DNA of 64,000 nt. Origin: Alphaproteobacteria bacterium. GTDB lineage: Bacteria; Pseudomonadota; Alphaproteobacteria; UBA7887. Numbering within the stretch: the stretch's first letter is position 1; the number at the start of each line of letters is the position of its first letter. The DNA lies in contig CBDEUQ010000003.1 in assembly GCA_965243325.1 (NCBI GenBank), positions 2,020,304 through 2,084,303 of the forward strand, written 5' to 3'. Below the pieces are notes generated by a model. That model ran no database searches, was not told the origin of the DNA, and worked only from the letters and a program-made list of their open reading frames with translations. Position numbers and translations under genes: made by a program. This document shows positions 40,675 through 52,566 of the stretch, piece by piece.

Positions 40675-41769
40675 ATGCCGATCCGCCTGACATACGGGGG
40701 GCGCCAGCGGTTCCGCTACCGCCACCACGACATCACGGTGCTCGGCCGGGTTCTGGGCGCCGGCTTTCCCGTCCGCCGGGCGCACTTCGATCTCAACGGC
40801 AGCGGACCGCGGCCCTTCTACGTGGAGCAGGAGCCCGATCCCGGCATCGACTGGACGCAGGGCTACAAGAGCTCCCCGGGAGAGCTGCGATGCCGCGACC
40901 AGGGCGAGTTCTGCATCGAGATCCCCGTCGACGACGACCGGCTGCAGGCCGGCGACAACAGCCTTTCCCTGACGGTGGAGGACGGGGCCGGGACGACCCA
41001 CGCGGCGGCGATGACCTTCGCCTGGTCGGCCGATCCGGTGCCGCTGCCGCTGGACCTGCGCGATCTGTCGTCCTACCGCTCGGTGCAGGAGATCGGGCAG
41101 GCCATCAACGGCGCCTTCGATTTCGATCCGGAGGCCAACCTCATCCGGTCGCGGGGCTCGGTGGCGCCGGATGCCTTCCTCCTTCTGGGCTCGCCCCACG
41201 GCGGCCAGGAGGCGACCTACCGGGTCCGCTTCACCGAGACCGCGGGGGCCAAGTGGCTGGGGCTGTCCGATTTCTTCGCCGGCCTGACCGAGGGCGTGCC
41301 GCCGCGGGGCATAAAGGTCGGCTGGTGCAGCGCCGGCATGGCCGCCCTCAGTCCGACGGACGGCGGCCGCTCCTTCATGGCCTGGGGCGACCATTCCGGT
41401 GATCCCCGGGAATGGGCCGTCGCCACCAATCCGGCCGCGCCCGTCGCGGTGTCGCGGGACACGGCGTACCGGGTCCGCCACCAGATCTGTCGCCATAGCG
41501 GCGTGGGCCGCGTGCGCTACCGCCTGTGGCCGGAGGGCACGGCGGAGCCCGACGACTGGCTCTGCGTGGAGGAGGACAGACGGGTGCCGTCGGACCTGCC
41601 GCGCAACGAACGCGGCGGCTTCGGCCTGTTCCAGCACATGGGCCATCCCATCGAGTGGTCCGATATCCTGGTCACGCCCCATGAGCCCGATCCGCGCGAC
41701 CGGCCCGGCACCGATTCGGCCGCCGCCCGCGAGCCGTTCCTGAAGCGCGACCGTCCGGGCGCGTTCTGA
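40675..41769 (+). CDS. Uncharacterised 364-aa protein, translationally coupled to the Ldh2 pair. No domain recognisable by eye
   Basis: ATG immediately follows the TGA of the upstream gene (tgaATG). Continuous high-GC3 coding frame. No TM segments or signal peptide evident. Confidence 0.6.
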   Translation: MPIRLTYGGRQRFRYRHHDITVLGRVLGAGFPVRRAHFDLNGSGPRPFYVEQEPDPGIDWTQGYKSSPGELRCRDQGEFCIEIPVDDDRLQAGDNSLSLTVEDGAGTTHAAAMTFAWSADPVPLPLDLRDLSSYRSVQEIGQAINGAFDFDPEANLIRSRGSVAPDAFLLLGSPHGGQEATYRVRFTETAGAKWLGLSDFFAGLTEGVPPRGIKVGWCSAGMAALSPTDGGRSFMAWGDHSGDPREWAVATNPAAPVAVSRDTAYRVRHQICRHSGVGRVRYRLWPEGTAEPDDWLCVEEDRRVPSDLPRNERGGFGLFQHMGHPIEWSDILVTPHEPDPRDRPGTDSAAAREPFLKRDRPGAF

Positions 41770-42145
41770 TACGGGGCGGTGACGGACTCGCCCACGTTTC
41801 CTGCCGTCCACCCGCCTCTCCTCGACGACGTCCCGTTGCCGCCGGTGATGCGGGTCGCCCTGCCGCAGCCCAAGGGCGAGCCGGTGGCGGACCTGGAAGG
41901 CGCTATCGCCCGCGCCTCGCCGGCGCGGCCAGGCCCAGGTCCTGGAACGCCTCGGGGTCTCGGACGCGACCATGGGCGGACGGTCCGCGCCACCATGGAG
42001 GCGGTCGAGAGGTGAAGTGAAACGCCTCGACAAGCTGCGCAAGGGCGGCCCGTCCACGCGCTTGAGAACTGCCATTCCTGGGACAGTTTCCGCCGTTGGA
42101 ACTGTGGCGCTGGGCTTTATGCGGTGAGTGAACGAACGGCTTGCC

Positions 42146-43063
42146 TCACCCGAGCCGCTCGCGCTCGGCGCGGACGAGATCGAAGCCGGCGCGCAGGAGG
42201 CGGATGGAGGCTTCGCGGGTCATGAAGCCGGCGTGCGCGGTCAGCGTCACGTTGTCGAGGCGCCGCAGCGGGCTGTCGGCGGCGAGCGGTTCGTCGGCAA
42301 ACACGTCGAGGCCGGCGTGGGCGATGCGGCCGGCGCCGAGCGCGGCGACCAGCGCCTCCTCGTCGATCAGGCCGCCGCGCGCGGTGTTGATCAGGATGGC
42401 GCCCGGCCGCATCAGCGCGAGACGGCGCGAATCGAGGATGCCGGCGGTCTCGTCGGTGAATGCGAGGTGCAGCGAGAGCACGTCGGCGCGGGCGATCACG
42501 TCGTCGAGGGGGCATGCCTCGCAGGGCAGGTCGGGGGCGACGCCACTCCGGTTCCAGGCGATCACCGACATGCCGAGCGCGGCGCCGATGCGCACCGCCT
42601 CGCTGCCGATGCCGCCGGTGCCGACGACGCCGAGGGTCCGCCCCGCGAACTCGATGCTGTCCCGCGTCTCCCAGCCGCCGGCGCGGATCGCGCGGTCCAT
42701 CGCGGCGATCCGGCGGCCCGCGGCGAACATGAGCGCGACCGCGTGCTCGGCCACGCCGCGGTCGCCGTAGCCGCGGATCGTGCGCACGGGGATGCCGCGT
42801 GCCCGTGCCGCGTCGACGTCGATGTAGCTCGCCGCGCCGGTCCCGAGGAACACGATCGCCGCGAGCGCCGGCGCCTCGCCGATCATCGCCGCGTCGACGG
42901 TCGTGTGGTCGACGACGGCGATCCGGCAGTCGGCGAGCAGCGCACGCGCGGCGTTGCGGTCCGGGTCGCCGACTGCGAGCTCGAGACCCGGCGCCAGCGC
43001 CCGCAACTCCTCGTCGACGAGACCGGCGAGGAACGCGGGGCAGTCGATGAAGCGGTCGATCAT
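42146..43063 (-). CDS. D-isomer-specific 2-hydroxyacid dehydrogenase (glycerate/hydroxypyruvate-reductase-like)
   Basis: ATG at 43063 behind a ggagg RBS. 305 aa. NAD-binding ...LGVVGTGGIGSEAVRIGAALGM.... Catalytic region ...LINTARGGLIDEEAL...AGLDVFADEP...LTAHAGF.... Confidence 0.85.
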   Translation of the reverse strand: MIDRFIDCPAFLAGLVDEELRALAPGLELAVGDPDRNAARALLADCRIAVVDHTTVDAAMIGEAPALAAIVFLGTGAASYIDVDAARARGIPVRTIRGYGDRGVAEHAVALMFAAGRRIAAMDRAIRAGGWETRDSIEFAGRTLGVVGTGGIGSEAVRIGAALGMSVIAWNRSGVAPDLPCEACPLDDVIARADVLSLHLAFTDETAGILDSRRLALMRPGAILINTARGGLIDEEALVAALGAGRIAHAGLDVFADEPLAADSPLRRLDNVTLTAHAGFMTREASIRLLRAGFDLVRAERERLG

Positions 43064-43136
43064 GCGCGGACGCCTCCTTCGCAGAACTGCGGTCCAGTAT
43101 AGTGCACGCGCTGCGACGAACGGCGGGGAACGGGCG

Positions 43137-44594
43137 ATGACGGGCGACAACCTCACCAACGCGATCGGCAACCAGCAGGGAATCGAGATGTTCGGCGGCC
43201 GCGCCGGCCGGGCGAGAACGCCGCGTCCGACGGCGACGGTCGCCGAGGCGGCGCGCGAGATCCCCGTGTTCGCGGAGGCCGACGTGCTCGTCGTCGGCGG
43301 CGGACCGGCGGGCACCGCCGCCGCCGTGTCCGCCGCACGCCTCGGCGCCCGGACGGTGCTCGTCGAGCGCTACAACCACCTCGGCGGGCTGTCCACCGGC
43401 GGCCTCGTGATCTGGATCGACCGCATGACCGACTGGAGCGGCCGGCAGGTGATCGCCGGCGTCGCCAGCGACTTGCTCGACCGTCTGCCGGCCGATGCGG
43501 TGCAGGGGCCGGACCGCGCCGACTGGGGCTCGCGCGACGCGGCGACCGCCGCCTACTGGGCCCAGCGCACCGCCGCCTACCACGGCATCGTCACCTGGTC
43601 GCCGACCATCGACCCGGAAGCGCTCAAGAGCGCGTCGCTGGACACGGTGCGCGAGGCCGGCGTGCAACTGGTTCTCCACGCCTGGGCGGCGGCGCCGGTC
43701 GTCGAGGACGGGCGCGTCCGCGGCGCGATCTTCGAGAGCAAGGAGGGGCGGCAGGCGATCCTCGCGAAGGTCACGGTCGACACCACCGGCGACGCCGACC
43801 TGCTCGCCCGCGCCGGGGCGGCGCTCGAGAGCGGCATCGACGAGGGCGACATCCACCACTGCATCAACACGGCCTTTCTCGCCGGCGGTGTCGACATGGC
43901 GCGCTGGCTCGCGTTCCGCGCCGAGGACCGGGAACGGTTCGCCGCCTTCACCGCGCGCGGGCGCGAGGCCTTGGGCTCGTTCGAGAAACCGTTCGTCTCG
44001 TGGCGCAACGACGTGGCGCTGTTCATGGGGCCCAGGCTCTCGGGCTACGACGCCGTGAATGTCGAGGACCTGACCGAGGTCGAGCGCCGCTCGCGCGACC
44101 TCGCGCGCCGGCATGTCGAATTCTACCGCGCCGCCGCGCCGGGGTTCGAGAACGCCTGGCTGATGCTCGGGGCGCCGCAGATCGGGGTGCGCCACAGCCG
44201 GCGGCTCGCGGGCGTGCGCACGGTCACGCGCGCGCAGTGGGACGAGGGCAGGGTGTGGGACGACGAGATCGGCGTCTCGCCGTCGCTGTCGCCGAAGTTC
44301 CCGAACGTCTCGGTGCCCTACGGCGCGCTGCTGCCGGCCCGGCTCGACGGCGTGCTCGGCGCCGGCCGCCACATCGCCTGCGACGCCAGCTCGCACTCGT
44401 TCCTGCGCGAGATCCCGCAGTGCTGGATGTCGGGGCAGGCCGCCGGCGCCGCCGCCGCGCTCGCCGCCGACGCCGGGATCGTCCCGCGCGCCGTGGCGCC
44501 CCGCCTCGTCCAGCGCGCGCTGCTCGACCAGGGCGCGTACCTTTCGCCGGCGACCGCGGCGCGCGCCCGCCCGCCGGCCGCCGCCGCCAGCTGA
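43137..44594 (+). CDS. FAD-dependent oxidoreductase (FAD_oxidored-like)
   Basis: ATG at 43137, in frame inside track ORF 42903..44594. The dinucleotide-binding motif VLVVGGGPAGTAAAVSAARLG is near the N-terminus. 485 aa. Confidence 0.75.
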   Translation: MTGDNLTNAIGNQQGIEMFGGRAGRARTPRPTATVAEAAREIPVFAEADVLVVGGGPAGTAAAVSAARLGARTVLVERYNHLGGLSTGGLVIWIDRMTDWSGRQVIAGVASDLLDRLPADAVQGPDRADWGSRDAATAAYWAQRTAAYHGIVTWSPTIDPEALKSASLDTVREAGVQLVLHAWAAAPVVEDGRVRGAIFESKEGRQAILAKVTVDTTGDADLLARAGAALESGIDEGDIHHCINTAFLAGGVDMARWLAFRAEDRERFAAFTARGREALGSFEKPFVSWRNDVALFMGPRLSGYDAVNVEDLTEVERRSRDLARRHVEFYRAAAPGFENAWLMLGAPQIGVRHSRRLAGVRTVTRAQWDEGRVWDDEIGVSPSLSPKFPNVSVPYGALLPARLDGVLGAGRHIACDASSHSFLREIPQCWMSGQAAGAAAALAADAGIVPRAVAPRLVQRALLDQGAYLSPATAARARPPAAAAS

Positions 44595-44611
44595 CGCGGG
44601 CGGCGCCTGTC

Positions 44612-45091
44612 CTAAGAACGCGTACTTTTCGACGGGTGACCTGCGGGGCCTCCGGAGAGCCGGCCTTCGACGTCGACGAGGACGAGGCGGGCAGGGGGTT
44701 CGGCGCCCCATAGCCACATCACGAGGTTGAGATCGTCAGGGCCGCTGCCTGCGGCGAAGCTCCGAACCCGCATGCCCACTTGGCCCGCGTCGATCAGGCG
44801 GTCGGCCAGAGCCTGCGATGCCGGGACGGCGCCGGCGAGCATCTCGGCTTCCCAGGCGGGGCACGCAAGGTTGAATTCGTTTACGCCGAGAGTCCGGCGG
44901 CGTTCTTCGTCATACGCGTCGAACACGGGCTCGGCGTCGACCTCGTAAGCGCAGAGCGTCAGCGGCTGCAACGGCCGGCCCAGCGGTTGCGCTTCGCGAA
45001 CGGCGGTGAGCGGAGTGAGCGCGGTGTACAGCGCCGGAATGCCGCGCCGATCGAAGCGTCCGCCATGGCGGCGTGCGCCCTCTCCCGACAA
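44612..45091 (-). CDS. RES-domain toxin (RES-Xre / MbcT-ParT-like type II TA)
   Basis: 159 aa from a TTG. ...GEGARRHGGRFDRRGIPALYTALTPLTAVRE... is the RES-domain R...E...S core. In-frame TGA upstream at 45127..45125, so nothing can be added N-terminally. Confidence 0.7.
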   Translation of the reverse strand: MSGEGARRHGGRFDRRGIPALYTALTPLTAVREAQPLGRPLQPLTLCAYEVDAEPVFDAYDEERRRTLGVNEFNLACPAWEAEMLAGAVPASQALADRLIDAGQVGMRVRSFAAGSGPDDLNLVMWLWGAEPPARLVLVDVEGRLSGGPAGHPSKSTRS

Positions 45092-45163
45092 CGGAGTCCA
45101 GGACCAATGCGGATTGTGCGCCCGTCAGACCAGTCCTCGGAACCGCATCGGGCGCGCGCGGGC

Positions 45164-45514
45164 TCAGGCGTAGCCTCCGGCCGCGATGCGGTCGAGATAG
45201 GCGTGGACATGGTCGGCCCGGCCTTCGCGTACCAACTGGTCCGGCGTCGCGCCGCCGAAGCCCTGCAACGGCTCGGCGCGGAACCAGGCGTAGGCGGCAA
45301 GCGGAGAACCGGTCGCCGCCTCGACGCGGTTGAGAATCTCCAGCATCTGACGAAGGCGGACCTGGGTCTTCCGCGCCCGGACGCGCGACGCGCGCGCGAA
45401 CGCATCCTTCCCGAGACCCAGCGTGGCGGCGATCTCGGACTTCGTGGTGCGGAGCGCGTCGGCCACAAGGGTTGGCGAGAACACCTGATCTTCGACGAAT
45501 TCCTGAAAGCGCAC
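45164..45514 (-). CDS. Xre-family / DUF2384 antitoxin partner of the RES toxin
   Basis: 116 aa. The C-terminal ...AYAWFRAEPLQGFGGATPDQLVREGRADHVHAYLDRIAAGGYA is typical of RES-associated DUF2384 antitoxins. Lies upstream of the RES gene on the same strand. Confidence 0.7.
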   Translation of the reverse strand: MRFQEFVEDQVFSPTLVADALRTTKSEIAATLGLGKDAFARASRVRARKTQVRLRQMLEILNRVEAATGSPLAAYAWFRAEPLQGFGGATPDQLVREGRADHVHAYLDRIAAGGYA

Positions 45515-45646
45515 GGCCCTACCTCGCTAATTTTGACGCATTGCGGTGCGAAAGAACGCGCGGTTCCAGGCGATTCGGAGAATGGCGGCGTCGTGGTCCG
45601 AAATTCAACGAGCCTGTGAAAGCAAGGCGCGCATCGGCCGCGTCCA

Positions 45647-47911
45647 TCACCCGCGCGGAACGAGCCGAAGCACGTGCCGCGTCGCCGCGGCGACGGCGGC
45701 GGGGGTCATCGGCAGGGTGAGATAGCCGCCCCCGGCCCAGAGGTCGGCCATGTCGGCGTAGTGGGGCGAAAGCGGGTGCCCGGACTGGCCAGCGTGCACG
45801 ATAGCCTTCATGCCGTCGGCGTCGGCGAGATCGACGATGATGCGCACGCTCGCGCCGTGGATCTCGGCGAACGGCGCATGCGCGTCGTCGATGCGCGTGT
45901 TGGCCTGCATCACCGTATAGGGACCGCCGCCGTGCGGCCGCTCGATCGCGAACAGGTCCCGGACCACCGGTATGGCGTCGGTCAGCGCATGCCGGCTCAC
46001 GGCCTTGTGGGCGTCGCCCCAGCGCCACGCGCCGGGGTCGGGGCCGTAGGCGGCGGAGAGCCACGCGAGCGCCTCGTCGAGAGCGCGGGCGATCGCGGCA
46101 TCGCATCCGTCCGCGCCGCACCACGACGGATCCTCGCCGAGCACGCGGCGGACCATCGCCGGCCGCCGGCCGCGGTAACGGTCGCGGAACGCCGGCAGGT
46201 TGCGCGCGATCAACCCCTGCGCCAGCGCCCGGTACCACGCGTGGAAGATCAGCGGCTCCGAGCGGTCGGCGGCCATGCGGCCGTCCCACGCCGCGAGCCG
46301 CGCGTGATGGGGCGAGTCGGCGACCGCGGGCAGCATGAGCGGCAGAAACTCAAGCGCCATCAGCGAGATTTCGTCGGTTTGCAGCGCCGCGAAGTCGGCC
46401 ACGCCGTGCCGTTCGCGCACGGCGAGCTGCCCGGCAATGCGCCGCGCGCGGTAGTTTTCGGCCCAGTCGCGCCCGATGAAGGGTTCGTATCCCGGCGGCC
46501 GGATGTCCTGGTTGGCGGTGAAGATGGCGCCGCCCGGCGGGTTGTAGAGCCGGGGCAGGGCGTCGTAGGAAAGGCGGCCGATCCACTCGCCGTTGCCGTC
46601 GGCGGCCACGGTCGGCAGCCAGCCGTCGTCATCGCGGCGCACCGGCACCCGCCCGGCGGCGACGAAGCCGATGTTGCCCGCGGCGTCGGCGAGGACGAAG
46701 TTCTGCATCGGCGCGCTGAAGCGTTCCAGCGCTTCGAACAGCGCCTCGACCGAGCCGGCCCGCGCGAGGCGGAACCCGGCGTCGACGGTGGCGTCGTCCG
46801 CTTCGAGCGCCGTCCATGACAGGGCGAGCAAGCGCTCGCCCGCGAAGCGGGCGAGGTCCGAGACGACCGGGCCGAACGGCGTGGTGCGGATGTCGTGCGC
46901 CACCGGATCGCGGCCGCGGACGGCGATCCTCTCGCGGCTCCGGCCGGTGACGTCCGCCTCGTCGACGACGAACACGTCCTGCACGTCGGGGCCGGTGTTG
47001 GTGACGCCCCAGGCCGCGTCGCGGGTGCGCCCGACGACAATCGCCGGGATGCCGGGGACGGTGGCGCCGGCGACGTCGAACCCGGGGGCGCTGAGGTGCG
47101 CGAGATACCAGGCTGCCGGCGCGGTGAGCGCGAGATGCGGATCGTTGGCGAGAATCGGCGCCCCGGTCTTCGAGCGCGCCGGGCCGACGACCCAGTTGTT
47201 GGAGCCCGTGTCGCGCGGCGCGGGCGCCGGCATCACGGCGCCGGTCTCGCGGTACGCCGCGGCGTCCGGCGGCACGGGCGTGCTGCCGGATCCGGGCCAC
47301 GCGGTGGCGAAGACCGCGGACGAGAGCGCCGTCTTCATCTCCGCCCGCAGCAGCTCCTCCATCGCGTTGCCGGAAAGCCGCAGCGCCATGAGCTTGACCG
47401 CAAGCACCGAATCCGCGGGCGTCCACGGCGCCGGCCGGTGGCCGAGCGCCAGCAGCTCCGGCGGCAGCCATCGCGTCGCGTCGATCGCCGCGGTGACTCC
47501 GGCGGCGTAGGCCTCGAGCAGGCGGCGCCCGTCGGCCGGCACGGCGTCGACGTTGCGGGCCGATACGCGGCCGAAGCCCAAGGTGCGGAAATAGCGGTCG
47601 GAGCCGACGAAACCGGCGCCGAGCACGGAGGCCAGCTCGCCGCGGCCGGCGAGGCGCATGAAGGCGATCTGCGACAGCCGGTCCTGGCCGTGCACGAAGC
47701 CGAGGCCGAACCAGGCGTCCCGCTCGCTCCCGGCGTCGATGTGCGGGACGCCGTACGCGTCGCGGCGGATCGCTATTTCGGCATCGACGCCGGCCACGGC
47801 GAGCTCGCCGCCGAGCGTCGGCAGCGAGGCCCGCAGCGCGATCCACCCAGCGGCCGCGGCTACCGCGACGGCGGCCGCGAGGGCGACCGCAATGCGGCGC
47901 GGCCAGCGCAC
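45647..47911 (-). CDS. Penicillin-acylase-family Ntn hydrolase (penicillin amidase / acyl-homoserine-lactone acylase-like)
   Basis: 754 aa from a GTG start. Signal peptide. ...GSNNWVV... (Ser nucleophile of the beta subunit, SNxW). Long alpha and beta regions typical of the family. Confidence 0.8.
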   Translation of the reverse strand: MRWPRRIAVALAAAVAVAAAAGWIALRASLPTLGGELAVAGVDAEIAIRRDAYGVPHIDAGSERDAWFGLGFVHGQDRLSQIAFMRLAGRGELASVLGAGFVGSDRYFRTLGFGRVSARNVDAVPADGRRLLEAYAAGVTAAIDATRWLPPELLALGHRPAPWTPADSVLAVKLMALRLSGNAMEELLRAEMKTALSSAVFATAWPGSGSTPVPPDAAAYRETGAVMPAPAPRDTGSNNWVVGPARSKTGAPILANDPHLALTAPAAWYLAHLSAPGFDVAGATVPGIPAIVVGRTRDAAWGVTNTGPDVQDVFVVDEADVTGRSRERIAVRGRDPVAHDIRTTPFGPVVSDLARFAGERLLALSWTALEADDATVDAGFRLARAGSVEALFEALERFSAPMQNFVLADAAGNIGFVAAGRVPVRRDDDGWLPTVAADGNGEWIGRLSYDALPRLYNPPGGAIFTANQDIRPPGYEPFIGRDWAENYRARRIAGQLAVRERHGVADFAALQTDEISLMALEFLPLMLPAVADSPHHARLAAWDGRMAADRSEPLIFHAWYRALAQGLIARNLPAFRDRYRGRRPAMVRRVLGEDPSWCGADGCDAAIARALDEALAWLSAAYGPDPGAWRWGDAHKAVSRHALTDAIPVVRDLFAIERPHGGGPYTVMQANTRIDDAHAPFAEIHGASVRIIVDLADADGMKAIVHAGQSGHPLSPHYADMADLWAGGGYLTLPMTPAAVAAATRHVLRLVPRG

Positions 47912-47918
47912 GCGCGGC

Positions 47919-49088
47919 CTACGAGTCGCCGCCGAACTCGGCGACGATGGCCTCGCGGGCGCCGTCGAGGCGCGGGATCGGACCGCGCGTCGGCGGGTCC
48001 GCGTGGCCCGACATCTTGATCGGGTTGCCGGCGATGCGGACCGGACCGGCGGCGGGATCGTCGATGCCGACGACCATGTTGCGGGCGCCCACCTGCGGGT
48101 TGCCGACCGCGCCGGCCACGTCGTTGAGCGGCCCGCACGGCACGCCGGCCGCCTCGAGCTTCGCGAGCCAGCGCTCCGTGGTCGCGGTCTTCAGCGTGCG
48201 CTCGAGCTCGACCTTGAGCGCGAGAACGTTCTCCATGCGCTTCGGATTGGTTTCGAAGCGGGGATCGGCGAGCAGGTCCTCGCGGCCCAGAGCCTCGCAC
48301 AGCCTGCCGAACAGCGCCTCGTTCCCCGCCGCCATGACGACATGGCCGTCGGCGCTCTCGTAGCATTCGAAGGGGGCGATCGACGGGTGCCGGGCGCCGC
48401 TCGGCGGCGGGCTTTCGCCGGTGGTGAAGTAGCGCGCGATGGCGTTTTCCAGAATCGCGATCTGGCAGTCGAGCATGGCGACGTCGACGAATCGGCCGAG
48501 GCCCGTGCGCGCGCGCTCGTGCAGCGCGGCGTTGACGCCGATCGCCGTGAACAGGCCGGCGGCGATGTCGCCGATCGCCGTGCCGACACGCGTCGGCGGC
48601 ATGCCCTCGTGGCCGGTGAGGCTCATGATGCCGCCCATGCCCTGCACGACCATGTCGTACGCCGGGCGCTGGGACAGCGGGCCGGTCTGGCCGAAACCGG
48701 AACAGGCGGCGTAGATCAGGCGCGGGTGGCGGGCATGCAGATCGTCCCAGGCGTAGCCGAGCTTCGCCATGGCGCCGGGGCGGAAGTTCTCGACCAGCAC
48801 GTCGGCGCGCGCCAGCAGCCGCGCGAACAGCGCCCGGTCGGCGTCTGCCTTGAGGTCCAGGGCGAGGCTCTCCTTGCCGCGGTTGAGCGACATGAAATAG
48901 GCCGACTGGCCGTCGACCCAGGGGCCATAGGCGCGGGCGTCGTCGCCGCCCGGCGGTTCGACCTTGATGACCCGCGCGCCGAGATCCGACAGCACCATCG
49001 TGCAGTACGGGCCGGCAAGCACGCGCGTCATGTCGAGCACGAGTACGTCGGCGAGCGGGCCGGCGCTTCCTTCGGTCATCGTCGCCAT
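47919..49088 (-). CDS. Family III CoA-transferase (CaiB/BaiF-type)
   Basis: Track ORF 47919..49235. ATG at 49088 (MATMTEGSAGPLADVLVLDMTRVLAGPYCTMVLSDLGARVIKVEPP..., the canonical CaiB/BaiF N-terminus). Confidence 0.85.
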   Translation of the reverse strand: MATMTEGSAGPLADVLVLDMTRVLAGPYCTMVLSDLGARVIKVEPPGGDDARAYGPWVDGQSAYFMSLNRGKESLALDLKADADRALFARLLARADVLVENFRPGAMAKLGYAWDDLHARHPRLIYAACSGFGQTGPLSQRPAYDMVVQGMGGIMSLTGHEGMPPTRVGTAIGDIAAGLFTAIGVNAALHERARTGLGRFVDVAMLDCQIAILENAIARYFTTGESPPPSGARHPSIAPFECYESADGHVVMAAGNEALFGRLCEALGREDLLADPRFETNPKRMENVLALKVELERTLKTATTERWLAKLEAAGVPCGPLNDVAGAVGNPQVGARNMVVGIDDPAAGPVRIAGNPIKMSGHADPPTRGPIPRLDGAREAIVAEFGGDS

Positions 49089-49158
49089 CCGTGGTTTACT
49101 CCCGGAACGGCACCGGATAGCGCAAGGCTTCCGCGCTGCGCAAGCGAAGCGAGGGACG

Positions 49159-51182
<2,024 letters not shown>

Positions 51183-51312
51183 TCATGTCCGGGCCATGTC
51201 GAGGGCATCGCCATGTATGCGCGGTTCGCCTCCATCGAGATGCGCACCACGCGCTGGGCCTTCCGCTCCTCCTTCGCCGCCGGCGGCTGACGAGGCCTTC
51301 GCGGCGCCTCTC

Positions 51313-52341
51313 TCAGGCGCCCGCCGCAGGCAATCGGCTGCGCAATGAAAGCGGCAGCTTCAGGACAATGATGCGCCGCGCGTTGCGCCAGAACGCGGAC
51401 AGCAGCAACAGGGCCGCACCGACGATCAGCGCCGTAATGGCGTCGCGCAGGCTCGAGGCATGGAACTCCTGCACGAGCCCATAGATGGCGATCAACAGAT
51501 AAGCCAGCGCCGAGACCAGCAGGGCGCGGCGGTCAATCGCCAGCGCGACAATGCCCACCAGCACATAGAGAACCACCACGACGACCGCGGACAGGACAGG
51601 GTCGGAACCGTCACTCCCCGATGTCCATGAGAAGACCGGATGCACCATGAGCGGCGGGGCCAGGAGGTGGAGCCAGAACGCGGTGTCGGAACGTCCGGTG
51701 CGCCGCGCCGTGTCCGACAGATCCCAGTACATCGCCCATGCGAAGACACCCATGCCGGCGAGGAACATCGCCGGCCTGACGAAGTTCATGACGCTGCCCG
51801 GATGATGTTCGACCGCCCAATCGGTGACGACGCCCAAAAGGGCGCCTGCAAGCGCCCCCGCCCCGGCCGCCACGGTGATGGGAACATGGAAGCGCCGCCA
51901 GTGAAGCCAGGCAGCCAATGCGGCGGCGAGCGCGGCCGGGGTCGTGGCGTCTATCGAAAGCGCCAGCCAGTCGTCGTCCGTCAGCAACCGCAGGACGGCC
52001 CAGAAGACGCCTCCGACAAACGTCAGCAGCAGGAAGATGGAGGGCAGCGCCATGTGCCTTCGGCGCGTGAAATATTCCGCGAGAGCCCAGGACGCCAGAG
52101 CGACTGCCGCGCCTCCCAAAGTATCGAGCCGGTCCCCGACGATCCAGCCGACGGCCAGCAGAAGCAGGGCTGCGGCGACGACGACGAAAACATCGTTGAA
52201 ACTCGTAATCAGCCGGAAGTGCTCCTCATCCGCCGGCGGCGTTGCGCGGCGGCCCGCGACGTAAGCCCGGAATTCCTCTGCGGCTTCCTGCGACAGCGCG
52301 CCCTCCGCCACCGCGTCATCAATGTCGCCGTCGCTATACAT
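51313..52341 (-). CDS. Polytopic membrane protein of unknown function
   Basis: 342 aa. Soluble acidic N-terminus followed by about 8 hydrophobic segments. The overlapping ORFs are antisense. Confidence 0.6.
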   Translation of the reverse strand: MYSDGDIDDAVAEGALSQEAAEEFRAYVAGRRATPPADEEHFRLITSFNDVFVVVAAALLLLAVGWIVGDRLDTLGGAAVALASWALAEYFTRRRHMALPSIFLLLTFVGGVFWAVLRLLTDDDWLALSIDATTPAALAAALAAWLHWRRFHVPITVAAGAGALAGALLGVVTDWAVEHHPGSVMNFVRPAMFLAGMGVFAWAMYWDLSDTARRTGRSDTAFWLHLLAPPLMVHPVFSWTSGSDGSDPVLSAVVVVVLYVLVGIVALAIDRRALLVSALAYLLIAIYGLVQEFHASSLRDAITALIVGAALLLLSAFWRNARRIIVLKLPLSLRSRLPAAGA

Positions 52342-52566
52342 GGTCGATCACGCTCGCCATCCAGCCGAGACGGACGCCTAAATTGCCATAGTGGCCGCTC
52401 GATATGGCAGGACTGTGGCCGATTGCAATTTCCTTGGCGTGAGTCCCCCTGCCATTGCCCTTCCGGCGCCCGCCGGGGGTGTCCGCAGGGTGCGCGACCT
52501 GCCGGTCCGCGTTGACAGTGGCCTGCCGGAGGATAGGATCGCCGCCGGGCTCGGGGGAGGCGGCGT

